Positions 1 through 12,820 of a stretch of 64,000 nt of DNA are shown in pieces. The notes below the pieces were generated by a model, which saw only the letters and a program-made list of their open reading frames with translations, searched no databases and was not told where the DNA came from. This stretch comes from Cycas panzhihuaensis (taxonomy: Eukaryota > Plantae > Cycadophyta), in the NCBI GenBank assembly GCA_023213395.1, contig CM041465.1:158231741-158295740 (forward strand). The letters run 5' to 3'. Position numbers and translations under genes: made by a program. Position 1 is the stretch's first letter. The number at the start of each line of letters is the position of its first letter.

Positions 1-1202
1 AAGGATGTATCTCTATAGGCAATCTCTATACGTATGCCAAGATGGACACAAGAGTTGGTCCAAGAGTATGATAATGACCACCCTTCTCAAAATTCACTAA
101 AGGAAACCCAAGAATAAAATACCATAAAATATAAGCTACCAAGAACCTTAATTTTGTGGAAGGTAAAAATATTTATACTAATAACATCAACTTTGAAGAA
201 AAAAATACTCAAGGAAGCCCACTCCATTTTGACTACTAGTCATATACCATAAATTATAGAACACATTATTTTAGAAGGGGATGAAAATAGATGTTTACAA
301 ATTTGTTGTAGAATATGACTCTTTCCAAAGTAACAAAAGAAAAAATATAAAACGTCTTAGTCTACTCCAACCATTATATATACTATAACAAAAATGGGAA
401 GAGATCTCAATGGACTTCATTACCAGATCACCAAAGCCAAAATATAAAGGTGTTATCTTTGTGGTTGTTGATAAGTTAACAAAACATATTCATTTCAAGG
501 AAATACAATTAATAATAAAATCCATCCAAGTTGTAAAAATCTTCATGAAGAAAATATATTGCCTATACAAACTTCCTAAGGTAATAGGTAGTGATCATGA
601 CCTAAAATTCTCTAGTTATTTCCATTAAGATTTATTCAAATTAACTAACATGAAATTATCCATGAGTACAACTTATCATCCCCTAGACATATGGCTAAAC
701 AAAATTAGTAAACAAGTGTATAGAAGGATACCTATATAACTTTATATTAGATAAACAATACTTATGGCACAAATGGTTCCATCTCATCGAATGGTGGTAT
801 AACACCACGTATTATAATTTGATAAATATGACCCATTCCAAGCACTCTAAATTTTTAAACTACCATATATCCTCACATGTACAAGAGTATCATGCATGTA
901 ATCTATCAAAGAACAATAAGAATAGATAGAGAAAATAGTTTGAATACTAAAATATAACTTAAATACAACTAGGAATTAGATGAAGTAGCAAGTAGATTTG
1001 CATAAGATAAAAGGATATTTTCAATAGAAGATTAGGTTTTCTTAAGATCCCAATTGTATAAGCAATCCATTATAAGGAAGATGAGTAAGCAAAAACTAGA
1101 ACTATAATTTATTAGTTTATGTCAAATGAAAGATAAAGTGAGAGAAGTAACATATAGATTGGCACTACGATAGGGTAGTTGAATCCATAATGTCTTCCAT
1201 GT
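1..1202 (+). pseudogene. Element A: decayed Ty3/gypsy (chromovirus) integrase region, left part
   Basis: ORF 410-628 MDFIT...IFVVVDKLTKHIHF...LPKVIGSDHDLKFSS matches the Ty3 integrase core. Downstream EWWYNTT and IHNVFHV motifs run up to 1202, with many stops. Confidence 0.9.
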
Positions 1203-1556
1203 TATAATATAACCCCACTTTCATAAACATTAATAAGCAAGAACCACCAAAGAGTTAAGTATCAATGTTAGTTATTAAGCTCTATGCACAGGTTGCTAAG
1301 CCCTCTAATAAGATGTAAGGCGATTAAGGCTTCTAATAAGATCATAAGAAAGAGACCCCCCTTGTGTCTATTTAAGGGTTGAAGATCACTTATAAGACAT
1401 TGACTATTGTTATTATTTTAAAGAGAAAGTACTTCAATACTCCTTTTTTGTACTTATTATATTTTTGTATGATCTATTCTAAATAAGTACTCAATTGACG
1501 CTTCATCTCCCATTTGCATTGGATTTACAAGGCTAATTTCTAGAAGTTATGCTCCA
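1203..1556 (+). repeat. 5' LTR of B
   Basis: TATAATATAACCCCACTTTCATAA...GTTATGCTCCA, direct repeat of 7455-7822. Confidence 0.92.
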
Positions 1557-1558
1557 AG

Positions 1559-1570
1559 TGGTATTAGAGG
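1559..1570 (+). promoter_or_regulatory. PBS of B (tRNA-iMet)
   Basis: TGGTATTAGAGG 2 nt after the LTR; consensus TGGTATCAGAGC. Confidence 0.85.
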
Positions 1571-1618
1571 TCAAGTTGGTGACCTTGTAGAAGTATTCTA
1601 GAAGTAGAAAAAGGGAAT

Positions 1619-1641
1619 CCCCCCCTCCCCCCCCCCCCCCC
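1619..1641. repeat. Poly-C tract (C7-T-C15)
   Basis: Seen directly in the leader of B. Confidence 0.95.
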
Positions 1642-2780
1642 AAATAATATTCATAACCCTTCTCATGCAAAAATTTATTTAGTTTTTAGTCATCTCTATT
1701 TTCTATAGTTTTAATTTTTAAATATTTCTACTCAGATTTACTCCCTCTCTCCCTTCCCCTCCTCAGGTAGATAACTTTACTTGGTAACTGCCTAATTTAG
1801 TAGAGACCTTGTGTTAGGGGTCTATAAAAAGCATAGGGATCTATCATTCTGGTTAAGTGCACTATAGCATTTCTAATCAATGTGTGAAGGACTAGAGATA
1901 ACACTCCTAAACTAAGGACTAAACATAACATAGTTTTGGAATTATGTTTTCATATACCCTCGTGTATATAGGAGGATCCTTATAAGCTCCTTCTCTATCC
2001 TAGTATAGGTGACCCTTTGATTGTTTATCCTTTATAGTACATGGGTTAGCAATTAGCACCCAAAAGTTACTCTACGTATATACTTATGCATGGTTGTAGA
2101 CCTTACGAAAATGGTCTTTCCTCTGTAGGTAGTGCCTTGAGATATCAGACCAAGATATAATATCGATAGAGAAGTTTATTATAGGGCCTATATAATCAAA
2201 CACTTCTTTGTTAAGTGTCTAATAGGCTTCCCTAAAAAATAGCTGTCAACTATTCGATTACTATAAGGACATACTTAAAAAGCAAAGGCCACAACTTTGT
2301 CAATATTGATCAGATTTAGAAACAACTTGAATAGTTATATTCACCGTAAAAAGAAAAGAAAAGAACATATCCATAACAAAGAAATCATTGTTAAAAATTA
2401 TACATCTTATTTCAATTAGTACATCATATTAATCATTTTATACTAGGCTAGCTTTTCCAGTTTATTTTTTGGTACAGTAGCACTTGAGTTATCGATGGGC
2501 CCCACAACTCTAATTTCACCCTTAAAACTCATCTACCCCGTTTTGATGAGCTCTTTGTACTTGTCCAAGTGGATAGAGTGTTATTCTAATGTCAATTTTA
2601 GGGTTAATAGGCTATAGACACCCCATATACTCTCCCTTTCTCCTCCTCCTCCTTTATCCCATCTATCTTTATAACATCTCCCTATTTCTTAAATCATGTT
2701 CTCTCTTGCCCTTTTCCATTTCGTATATTTTCCTTTCTTTCTACTTATTCCTGTTTCTTTAAACCCATTATATAGTTTTG

Positions 2781-5700
2781 ATGGCACCTACATAAGGAGG
2801 AAAGATTATTAAATAAGAGTTAGACTTAGAGAAATTTAAACATAAAATTAATGCACAAATAACTAGTCTTCCTATAAAAGTAGATTTTTTTAGCACTAAA
2901 ATAAAGATTATTGACATAATTAGTCACATGATGCAATCTCAATCCTAAAGCATAGGGACATCAAACATGACAAGAAATACTCCTCCCTTTCAAGGAAGCA
3001 ATACACCCCCATGAGGTCACCCACCAAGGTAATTGTCCTTCCACCACAAGATCAACATCCCTACTTTTGATCTAGATCTAGACAAAGAGAGCACTCATAG
3101 TTGGATTAGTAAGCTAGAATCTTACTTCATGCTTAATCTAATGTCTAAAGAAGATTTACTCCTATATGCCTCCATCCATATAGATGGAAGAGCCCATCAT
3201 TGTTTTAATTGGTAGAAATGAGAATACCCCTCCAATCAAATGTGGTCACATTTCGCAAGCTATTTTTTTGAATAATATGATGAAATATGAAGTTAATCCT
3301 TCCTCACTCAACTTATATGGTTTAAGTAAATAATAATAACGGAGGCTTTCATCGATGAATTTCAAGCCTTATATAATCACTCTTCATAAAGTCAAAGCTT
3401 GAACAAATAGACTATGATTAATATTTATGTGGTCGAACTCTAGGATTGTATACTAATGTGACTCAAGACAATGGTCATACACTCCCTTAAGAAAGCCTTT
3501 AAATGGGCATGAGTAGTTAAGGCCATTTGTAGCTGATAGACCTCCAACCACTTAAAGGGATAACCCTTAGTTTTCATAGCCTCGATAAATAGACTTTTAA
3601 TAACCATAACCTAGATTTGAAGATATCGGTTGACCACATACTAACTTTTCAAATCCCAGACTACAACAAGATGATCCAACTCACTCAAGAAGAGATCGAT
3701 AGAGAGAAGACCCCTCAACCAAATAGGTTTAAATCTTTCAAGTAGAAGCACAATGTCAACTAGAGACTAGCCTTTATATATAATACATAGAAAAGTGGAC
3801 TCTTAAACATGATTGTATTTGTAAGGCATGATGCATGGTCTTTTCTTTTGACCCCTCCCTATCCCCCAAAGAATCCTCTAACTTTGACTCTGACCATAAG
3901 GATGAAGGTGAAACCTAAGAAGACCCCACCCCAGACCCTCATCCTAAAGTTTCTTTATCAGTTATCACCTCCACTTCTTGCCTCAAATCCCTATGAATAA
4001 AAGGCATTCTCTACAAGACTCCAATGTTAATTCTGGTGGATAATGGTGCATCACTTAATTTTATTGATATCTCCTTAGCCCACCAACTTAATCTCTATAT
4101 AGTCCCAAAGATTGGCTTCACCTACGCCCTACTATGGTACAAAAATCTCCACTATGTTGGTATTATTAAAAACCTATGGGTCCATATCGATACCTATCTT
4201 TTGGTCTCATACTTCTATGCATTATCTATTAGAGGGTTTGATGTTATATTGGGGATCTAATTGCTACAAACCTTAGGGACTTATAGCATAAAAAACTCGC
4301 CTATAAATCTATCCATATTTTTCAAAGACCAAATGGGTAGGACATACAAAATCTATATGATGCAATCCCCTTCAAGCTAAGGGATTTCACTAGGGCACAT
4401 GAAATAATGACTTCAATCCAACCTTTGGTATATAGTTTATATCAATAACATTAAGGTTAGATCATAAATTCACCTATGTATCCATGATGTCCTTACCAAA
4501 TATGAATATGTATTCACTCCCCTACCTGCCACTACCCCACCTAACCATGGTTTTATCACATAATTAATCTCCAATCTAATCATGACCCTGTTAGCCTAAG
4601 ACCTTATTGTAATTCCTATTTCTAATAAAATGAAATTGAGAAACTCACTGTTGAACTCATGGACATGGGCATGATCTAGCTAAGAGAAAGCCCTTACATA
4701 GTATTAATAGTCTTAGTTAGGAAGAAAGATTGCTTCTTCTACCTCTACGTGGATTATAGGGAACTAAATAAAATTACCATCAAAAATAAGTTTCCACTCT
4801 ATGAATAGATGACATGTTAGATGAAATTCATGGAGTCTCCATCTTCTCTAAGGTAGAACTATAATCTAGCTACTATTAGATCTTAATTTCCCTAGAAGAT
4901 TACCATAAGATGACATTTCAAACTCATCACAGTTACTTCAAGCTTCAACTAATACCTTTTAGCCTTTGTAACACACCTACTACCTTCCACACTCTCATGA
5001 ATAAGAACTTTGTCCCCTACCTTTAAAAATTTATCATTGTCTTCTTTTATGATATCCTCATTTATAGTTCCAGCCTAGACCACCATATCTATCACTTAGA
5101 ACTTGTTCTTTAAATCTCACACCAATACCAATTATATACGAAAAACTTTCTAAGTATGAGTTTACAAAAATGGAAGTACAATATTTGGGGCATATTATAT
5201 CTTCAGAAGGGAGATGGGTAAACCCTGATAAAATACCCATCATCACTACCTAGCTAACATAAACCATTCTCACCTAACTACATGTATTCCTTAGCCTCAT
5301 AGGGTTTTACTATCATTTTATCTAAAACTATGCCTTCCTTATACCCCCCTAACTGATCCACTTCATAAAGTGCCTGTTAATAGTCTTCGATAATTGATAT
5401 TGCTCTCTCCTATGTCAAAGTAGTAGTGACCTCCACACCAATCCTTATCACTCCTAATTTTACCCAGCCTTTTCAATGTGAATACGATGCTTATGGATCA
5501 TCTTAGGTGTGGTCCTTATGCAAGACACCCACCCCGTTATATTTAAGAGTCACAAATTGAAAGATCATAAGATTTACCTTTCCACATATCAAAAGGAAAT
5601 GAAAGCTATTCTATACGCTATTGGAAAATGGCATGAATACCTCTTAGTTTCTAAATTTACTATTCTCATGGATCATTATAGCCTCTATAATCTATTAGAT

Positions 5701-7440
5701 TAACTGGTTTTATCCAAATAATAGGCTAAGTGGATTAACTACATATGGGCCTTTGAATTTATAATATCTTACAAGAAAGGCAAGGACAATATGGTTGTAG
5801 ATGCCCTTTTGCATTTGCATCCTGATTCTAACACCCCCAACCCTAGTCTTCACACCATATCGAAGCCCCATCCCATTTGGCTTGATGAGTTATAAGTTAA
5901 AAACTAGGCCTAGCCTAATTACTCTCAATGTAGTAAGAATGTCCTCACCCATAAAGGTTAGTCAACCTATAACAACCATCTACTCTTTTGTAATCACATC
6001 TTTATACATCCATCATTATCGTTCCTCTCTCAAATCTTAATAGAATACCACTCCACCCCCATTAGGGTCCACTTAGGATTTGATAAACCCTATCAATGTA
6101 TCCACTCTGATTTCTTTTGGCCCTATATAAAGCCTACCATATTCACTTTCATATTAGAGTGTGATCTGTGTCATCGAAACAAGGTGGAGACTAAAGTCCT
6201 TCTGAGACTCCTTTAATCTTTATACATTCCATAAGGTAAGTAGTAGGACATCACCATGGAATTTATAATGGGCTTACCTACATTTATTAGGTTTGATTCT
6301 CTTTGGATGGTCATTGATTGATTGACCAAGTATTCATGTTTCCTTCTAGTCCACACCTCATATACATCTTCTCACCTTGCTAACTTATATATCTAATTCA
6401 TCTTTTGTCTTCACAGTGTTCCCTTGACTATCATTTATGACTAAGATCCTAAGTTCACTAGCTCCTTTTGGTTAGAACTCTTTAAGGTAATAGGAACCTC
6501 TTTCAACTTGAGTTCTACCTACCACCCTCAAATGGATGGTTAATTTAAGGTCTTAAACAAAACTTTAGAAACCCACCTATGCTAGTTTGCCTCAAAACAC
6601 TAGCTCATTTTGGTAATAACTCTTGAAGGTAGTAGGAACCTCTTTCAACTTGAGTTCTGCCTACCACCCCTAAATGGATGGTTAATTTAAGGTCTTAAAC
6701 AAAACTTTAGAAACCCATCTACACTATTTTACCTTAGAACATTAAGCTAAGTGGACTTCTTGGCTTTCTCTGGTAGAATACTGGTATAACTCATCTCACC
6801 ACTCAACCATTAGTATGTTCATATTTTTGGCACTCTACAGATATCACCCCTCTTCCCACCATACCTTCGCCACTAATTTTTAAACCACCTCAGTCCAACA
6901 AAAGTTTTAAGAGATGGACCAAATCCTCAATACCCTTTAACAAAATCTAACCATTGCACAAAATCATATGAAGCAACTCGTCGAGTACTACCAATCTGAT
7001 TGATCCTTTGACATTGAAGATTTTATGTTCCTCTACCTCCAACCATACAAATCAAAGTCCCTCAAGACTTATCATGGCCATGAATTAAGCCCATGTTATT
7101 ACAACCCCTATAAAGTTCTTCACAAAATTTGTGAAGTTGCATATGCCTTTAAACTTCCCTTTGACACCAATATCCATAATGTCTTTTATATCTCTTATCT
7201 TAAAAAATGCTTGGGCAATAAAGTTACACCCCATACCACCTTACCTATTCTCACTGATGAGAAAACCCTTATAGTCTTGCAAGATTGAATCCTCACTAGT
7301 CACTAACACTACCTTTGGAATCACACTATTTCTAAGCATCTAGTATAGTGGGTCAGATGTAATATAGATGAAGCAACTTGGGAATCTAATAAGTTCATCC
7401 AGTAATACCCTCATCTCCAACACTGTAAGGACTCATCATC
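2781..7440 (+). pseudogene. gag-pol of B
   Basis: Gag KINIPTFD...WISKLESYF (3033-3215); protease LVDNGASLNFI...GFDVILG (4024-4260); RT YVDYRELNKITIKNKFPL (~4745); RNase H STYQKEMKAILYAIGKWHEYL (5509-5703); integrase SAYHP(Q)MDG; IHNVFYISYLKK; chromodomain remnant HLV*WVRCNIDEATWES (~7335-7390). Confidence 0.9.
6456..6739 (+). repeat. 142-bp tandem duplication inside B integrase
   Basis: 6456-6597 is repeated at 6598-6739 (CACTAGCTC...GGAACCTCTTTCAACTTGAGTTCT...AATGGATGGTTAATTTAAGGTCTTAAACAAAACTTTAGAAACCCA). Confidence 0.9.
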
Positions 7441-7454
7441 TCATAGAGAGGACC

Positions 7455-7822
7455 TATAACATAACCCCACTTTCATAAGCATTAAGAAGTAGGAACCACC
7501 AAAGGGCTAAGAATTGATATTAGCTATTAAGCTTTATGTGTGAGCCACTAAGCCTTCTAATAAGATGTAAGGCTATTAAGACTGCTAATAAGATCACAAG
7601 AAAGAGACCACCTTTATGTTTATTTAAGGGTTAAAGATCACTTGTAAGACATTGACTATTATTATCATTTTGAAAAGAAAGTATTTTGGTACTCCCTTTT
7701 AGTGCTCATTGTATTTTTGTGTGATTTGTTCTAAGTGATCTATTGTAAATAAGTGCTTAATTGACCCTTCATCTCCCATTTACATTGGACTTGCAAGGAT
7801 AATTTCTAGGAGTTATGCTCCA
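7455..7822 (+). repeat. 3' LTR of B (PPT AGAGAGGA at ~7445-7452)
   Basis: TATAACATAACCCCAC...GTTATGCTCCA, preceded by a purine tract. Confidence 0.92.
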
Positions 7823-8512
7823 CATGTCTCATGCCTTAAAGTAAAAAATTGGGCAAGACATCACCCCTTAAAAAGAATTTCTAAAACTATATGAAGAGGG
7901 TAAAATCATTATCAAACCAGAAGGCATCCTTTAGATCTAGATGAAAAGACCACTCTAGAGAAATCTAGGAATATCTTATAAAATGGAAGACCTTAAATCT
8001 AAAAGACATAACATGGGAATTAGAAGAATGGTATTATTAGCACCTAGGTTTAACCATACTTTAAAGGTAAAGTATATTTTTAGTGGGAGGGACTTGTAGC
8101 ATTTCTTTATTATTCTAACTGACTTTAAAACCCAATGATTACCTAGCAATCTGGTTGACTTATGGAAATTATTATTATTATTATTATTATTATTGGCTAA
8201 CTTCATAATATTCTCTAGATAACCTTATAATTTTATTCTAGTTGCCTTCCATCCTCCCTACTAGCCAAGATCCCTAAGCCCTTTTCGCCCACCTATTTAT
8301 AGAGATCCTTGGCCTTATTCTGGGGCATCTCAGGTGATTTTAGGCTACTAAAGTTTTGGTCTTAAGGGCTATAATTTTGGAGTATACCTTACCTCAAAGA
8401 GGAGTCCAATGTTAGGTACTTTAATTATAAGTTTTATACATCAAATTTACTATATTTTAATTAATATTTTAGTCCAATTCATAGAGTATAGTAGTAAATT
8501 TATTATATTGCA
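7823..8512 (+). mobile_element. Element A, right part: integrase C-terminus/chromodomain, PPT and 3' LTR
   Basis: Reading resumes as HVSCLK; EYLIKWK...ITWE chromodomain (~7969-8020); PPT GGGAGGGA 8085-8092; LTR starts TGTAGC at 8095. The right end (TTGCA 8512) is tentative. Confidence 0.8.
8168..8194. repeat. (ATT)9 microsatellite
   Basis: Seen directly; lies 10 bp left of the duplication breakpoint. Confidence 0.95.
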
Positions 8513-11500
8513 TAATTCTCATACATCTTCCATATTTTTTTATATTTTATTCTAGTTTTCCAATCTTTTATATAAAAATCCTCCATGTAACTACTTCATA
8601 ATAGAAGTGTAAGGAAGGATGGATAGAATAGTAGAATGAACTAGTGGAATAAGACTAGGCTAGCTAGGTTAGGACTTGGAAGTGAGGTAGAGACTCCATG
8701 AGATGGGGCATGAGTAAGGGAAAAGGTAAAGTAGAGTCAACTAAAGGCTCTAGTAATATGACCATGACTAAATAAGTAGGGACCTTGAAGAAAAGAGGAA
8801 GCCCTAGGGATTGAGACTTGAGTAAAAAAGATAAGCATGTTAAGCTAAGAAATCAGAGGAATATATTGAGTAAAGGGAATAAGGTAAGAGGAGGAATTCA
8901 TAGCCTCTTGAGGAGGTACATAGAAAAACCCTATATGTGAGAGGTAACCCAAACTAAGGTGCTTGAGAAAAGTGTCACAAGGGGGTTGAGAGATGCCCTT
9001 AGAATGAGAGGATTTTGAGTCCTCATGAATCTAATCCCTGAAGGCGGTTAAACTCCCTAAGATGGAGTTACTCCAAGATAAAATAAGCTAGCTTTGATAG
9101 ATGAAACTACCTGGTACTAGGATAATAGGATGTGGGATGAGGATGAGAATGAGGCAAAGGGGGGGATTGAGGAGTTGTATTGATCCCTAGACTAGTCTTT
9201 AAAAGGTTCCTAATATTAAGGAACTCAAATAAAGACATGGAATCATGCTCTCTTGGGTGAATTCCTTAAATCTACATATAGTTTCTAAGAACATTTAAGG
9301 TAATGGGTTTCTTCATATTTACTATCATGGATAGAAACATAAGAAGCAAAGTCAAAGTGTGAGAAAACATATAAAAAGAAACTAAGGGACTCTATATAAA
9401 TGATAGAGAATAGGAATGAAATCACTATAGGACACATGTTTAGAACCTTTCTAGTATGGTCTCCAAAATGTTCATCTAGGATTTGGGTGGTCCTGCATGA
9501 ACTAGTCCTCTCATAGAGAGAAGGGATGGAAGGGGGGAAGTTGATAGAATAAGACCAAAAAGATGACCTAAACTAAAGTATGGGATGCCATGGAAAGATA
9601 AACTAAATTAAGGAAGGACTCAACTACAACCCAAAAGGCTACAAGGAGAAAGAGAAATGAGGTAGATAAATGTGAGTAGTGTGCGTATGCTTAGATGTAC
9701 CACACCACCTTATAACCCATAGATAAAATGCATCATACCCACCATTAACCTAGGCTCACAAGTTAGGTAGGTACAAAAGTAATCTATGCAAGTTAGGAGG
9801 AGGTATGGGACTAAGATATACTCTAACCTAAAAGTATATAAAAAGTGATACAATGTTCTAAATAAATAAGCAATAATATCTATCTATATTCCTCTTAAAA
9901 GGAACAAACAACAAGTAAAAAACTCTAAATAGGTGGGCGGTTTACTTAGGCAATGTATCCTAAAATGTCATTACCTTTAAATATACCCTAGATACTAATT
10001 CCCAAAAGGAGGACACCCTAAGCTACCCCAACTCACATGAGAAGACTACATTGTACTATTTAATAAGGAGTGAGAGGACCAATAAGGACATAAACATAAA
10101 GGAGTAAGACCTTAGATTGATGACCTATTTATGGGTCAATTAGTGAGGACTCCCACACTTAATAATAACCTACCCATAAGAGTGGAAGGTTTAAGGACAC
10201 TTGTGTCTAATTCTAGACTCTCTCTCTCTCAAGAGAAGAAAATAAAGAGCAGTAAAACAAAAATAACTATTGTTAATAGGACTAATTATGCTTATTCAAT
10301 TATCTAAACTAGATTCATAAGTATATAGTAAGAATTATTGGTCATTCCTAATGGTCCTCACTTAATTATCCAACCCATATGTGTGATCATATAGTAAGGA
10401 TAATTACCCACCTCCAACCTACTCAAAACATAATGAGAAGTATGTGCTCTATCTTAATTGCAAGACTAATTGCTAATGGATCAAGTTTGGCCAATCTAGT
10501 CCCTCCTCTAACTCAATGTGAATTAAATCTAAAGAGGAGTAATAATAAAGAGCAAAGTCTACTTATGTAATTATCATGCACTTTTATTATGTGAAAGTAA
10601 TAACCAACCTATCTAATCATGCCAAGCAAGTGCAATGGAAAAGGAAACAAGTAATTTTGAATAACCACTCATGTAACATATGCTAGAAGTAAGATGCATA
10701 TAAGAACCATTGAATCTTAAGCAAACTTACACTTGAGCTCCCCTAGTAAATTGCATAAGAAAAATAAGGAATAAGGTAAGAGATAAATGGTATTTCCATT
10801 CGTCTTTGTCATTTTTCTTTTTGTTGTTTCTTTTTCTTAGTTTTTTCTACTTTTTGCTTTTGGGTGCTATGAGTAAAAAGAACTCTGAGGAGGAAAATAT
10901 ATAACACACCATAAAGGAGAAAATGTTATGCAAAGGGACATTAGATGATTCCATTTTTTATGGAAAGCATGGAATGAAATGAATGTGAAAGAAAGAAGCA
11001 TGTAAAACTACTTTTAAATCTCAAAAGCAATTAGACAAATTACCTACACAAGAGGCAATAAATAACCAATGAAACATAAAGAGCAAGAAATAGTTGAAAG
11101 ACATGAAAAAACCAACTTACAAATAAATTAATTAAATAAGGGGAAATCACCTTAGATATATGCTCAAAGGATAAGAAATCTCCTTGGAATACTAGTGGGT
11201 GAGTGAGTAGGTAAGGAAATGTATATGTAAACTAAACAAATAGAAGATGTGATAGGGAGATTAATCCCAAACAATGACAAAATCAAGGTGAGAGACATTG
11301 TTTCTAAGTCTAAACACAAGAGAGAAAAAGGAAAATATAGACCTCAAGTAACAAGAAATAAATGAGCCCAAAACAATAAGAATAACCCCAAGCAACTTCA
11401 AGAAGAAAACTAATAAATTGACAATCAAATAAGCATGCATTCAAGTAAGCAAATCTCTCAAATAATGAAGAGGCAAATGAAAAAAATAAACAATGAAATG

Positions 11501-12820
11501 AGAAGTAGAAAATAGTAGAATGAAAGAGAAGGAATCTAAAGAGAGATCTTTGATCTTATATGTAACAAGCAATGAGATGTGCTTGTCCATAATAAGAAGG
11601 ATAGATCAACATGATAACACTCCAAGTCCTATAAGTAAATAAAGAAATATATCATTTTAATGGAGGAATTATTTATGAAATAAAAGGAACGAAAATGAAA
11701 ACAATAATGAAGTCACCAAGAAATAATATAAAACTCACCAATGTAGAGTTTAATTCATTATCAGATAAAATTGGATAGCAATCCACTAGAGAAAATAACT
11801 TTCATGAAATGAAATCACTAAGAGAATATCATAAGAGTGATGAATCCGAATGTGAAATCACCAAAGAACACAATCTCATACACTCTATGCTCTAAATAAC
11901 TCTAATAATTATGCAAAAGTATCCAAATATTCTCCACCAACAAGTACTAAGGAATGAAAACCAATAACTTCTTAAAAGTAATTAATCATTAATAACTAGA
12001 GTGTTAAAAGATGGAGTACCAAAAGATAAAGTGACAAAAGATGGAGTGCCAAAAGATTCCAACCAAATGAGCACTTAGAACTAAATAGGCTACCATAGGA
12101 TATTATTTGATATTAAAAACCATTGCATTTTTAGTCGATAATATTCCTAGCCATATTAGGTTTGGGGAAAAGGCCAAAACAAAAACAAAAATGCTAAGAA
12201 AATCTTGATTTTTTTAAATTTAGAATTACAGAATTAATACTACAAATAGACACTAATACCATATAATTACAATTGATACTGTAAAAATCACATGGTATCT
12301 CAAAATGTATTTCATGGTACTACAAAATTATTCTATGGTATCACAATAAATATTACATAATGTTGTGATAAAGCTATAATTTTTGTGGCATGAATGTAAA
12401 CTTTATAGTACGATACTCTAAAATTGTAAAAATAAAAATAGATAAGCTTTCAAAGTGATAAAAAATCACTCTAAATAACTAACACAAGCAATTAATCATC
12501 TAAAGAGAAGGGGTATGAGAGAGTGCTAGCATTATGAGAAAGAAATATACCTTTAGTCCTTGTATGGTGATGTTTTTATTTTTAATCATTAGATCCTTAG
12601 GATCATGGGTTCAAAGCACAAGTTGACAATACATCATACAACATCATATCACATAGAGTGAATGGAAATAGAGATTAATACCTGACTAATAAGGAGGCCA
12701 AAAATATGGGAAATAATATTCACTCTCAAGGATATTATCCCTTTCATTATAGATTGGTATTCATTACTTCTCATGTACAAGTAGCCCACATAGTTACTTA
12801 AAAAAGATAATGGTGTGACT
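8205..12820. repeat. 4.6-kb tandem duplication, copy 1
   Basis: ATAATATTCTCTAG...AATGGTGTGACT, collinear with 12821-17432 over its whole length; differences are mostly transitions. Confidence 0.95.
8513..12760 (-). mobile_element. Segment C: unclassified retroelement-like sequence (second copy ~13131-17373)
   Basis: Lies between the end of A's LTR and the truncated gag of D. On the minus strand it begins TGCCAACC (copy 2, 17373) where D's reading frame breaks off. Pro/Ser-rich decayed coding-like tract ~8580-9500; no recognisable domain. Confidence 0.4.

Larger units (their letters stand above)
1203..7822 (+). mobile_element. Element B: full-length decayed Ty3/gypsy chromovirus (Reina-like: short LTRs, tRNA-iMet PBS, chromodomain) inserted in A
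   Basis: Paired LTRs 1203-1556 and 7455-7822; perfect TSD CATGT at 1198-1202 and 7823-7827; PBS and PPT present; domain order gag-PR-RT-RH-IN-chromodomain. Confidence 0.93.

Noticed and set aside
7976-8206. Poly-Asn ORF (MKLANNNNNNNNN...)
   Set aside because: It is the translation of the (ATT)9 microsatellite, antisense to A's chromodomain and LTR.
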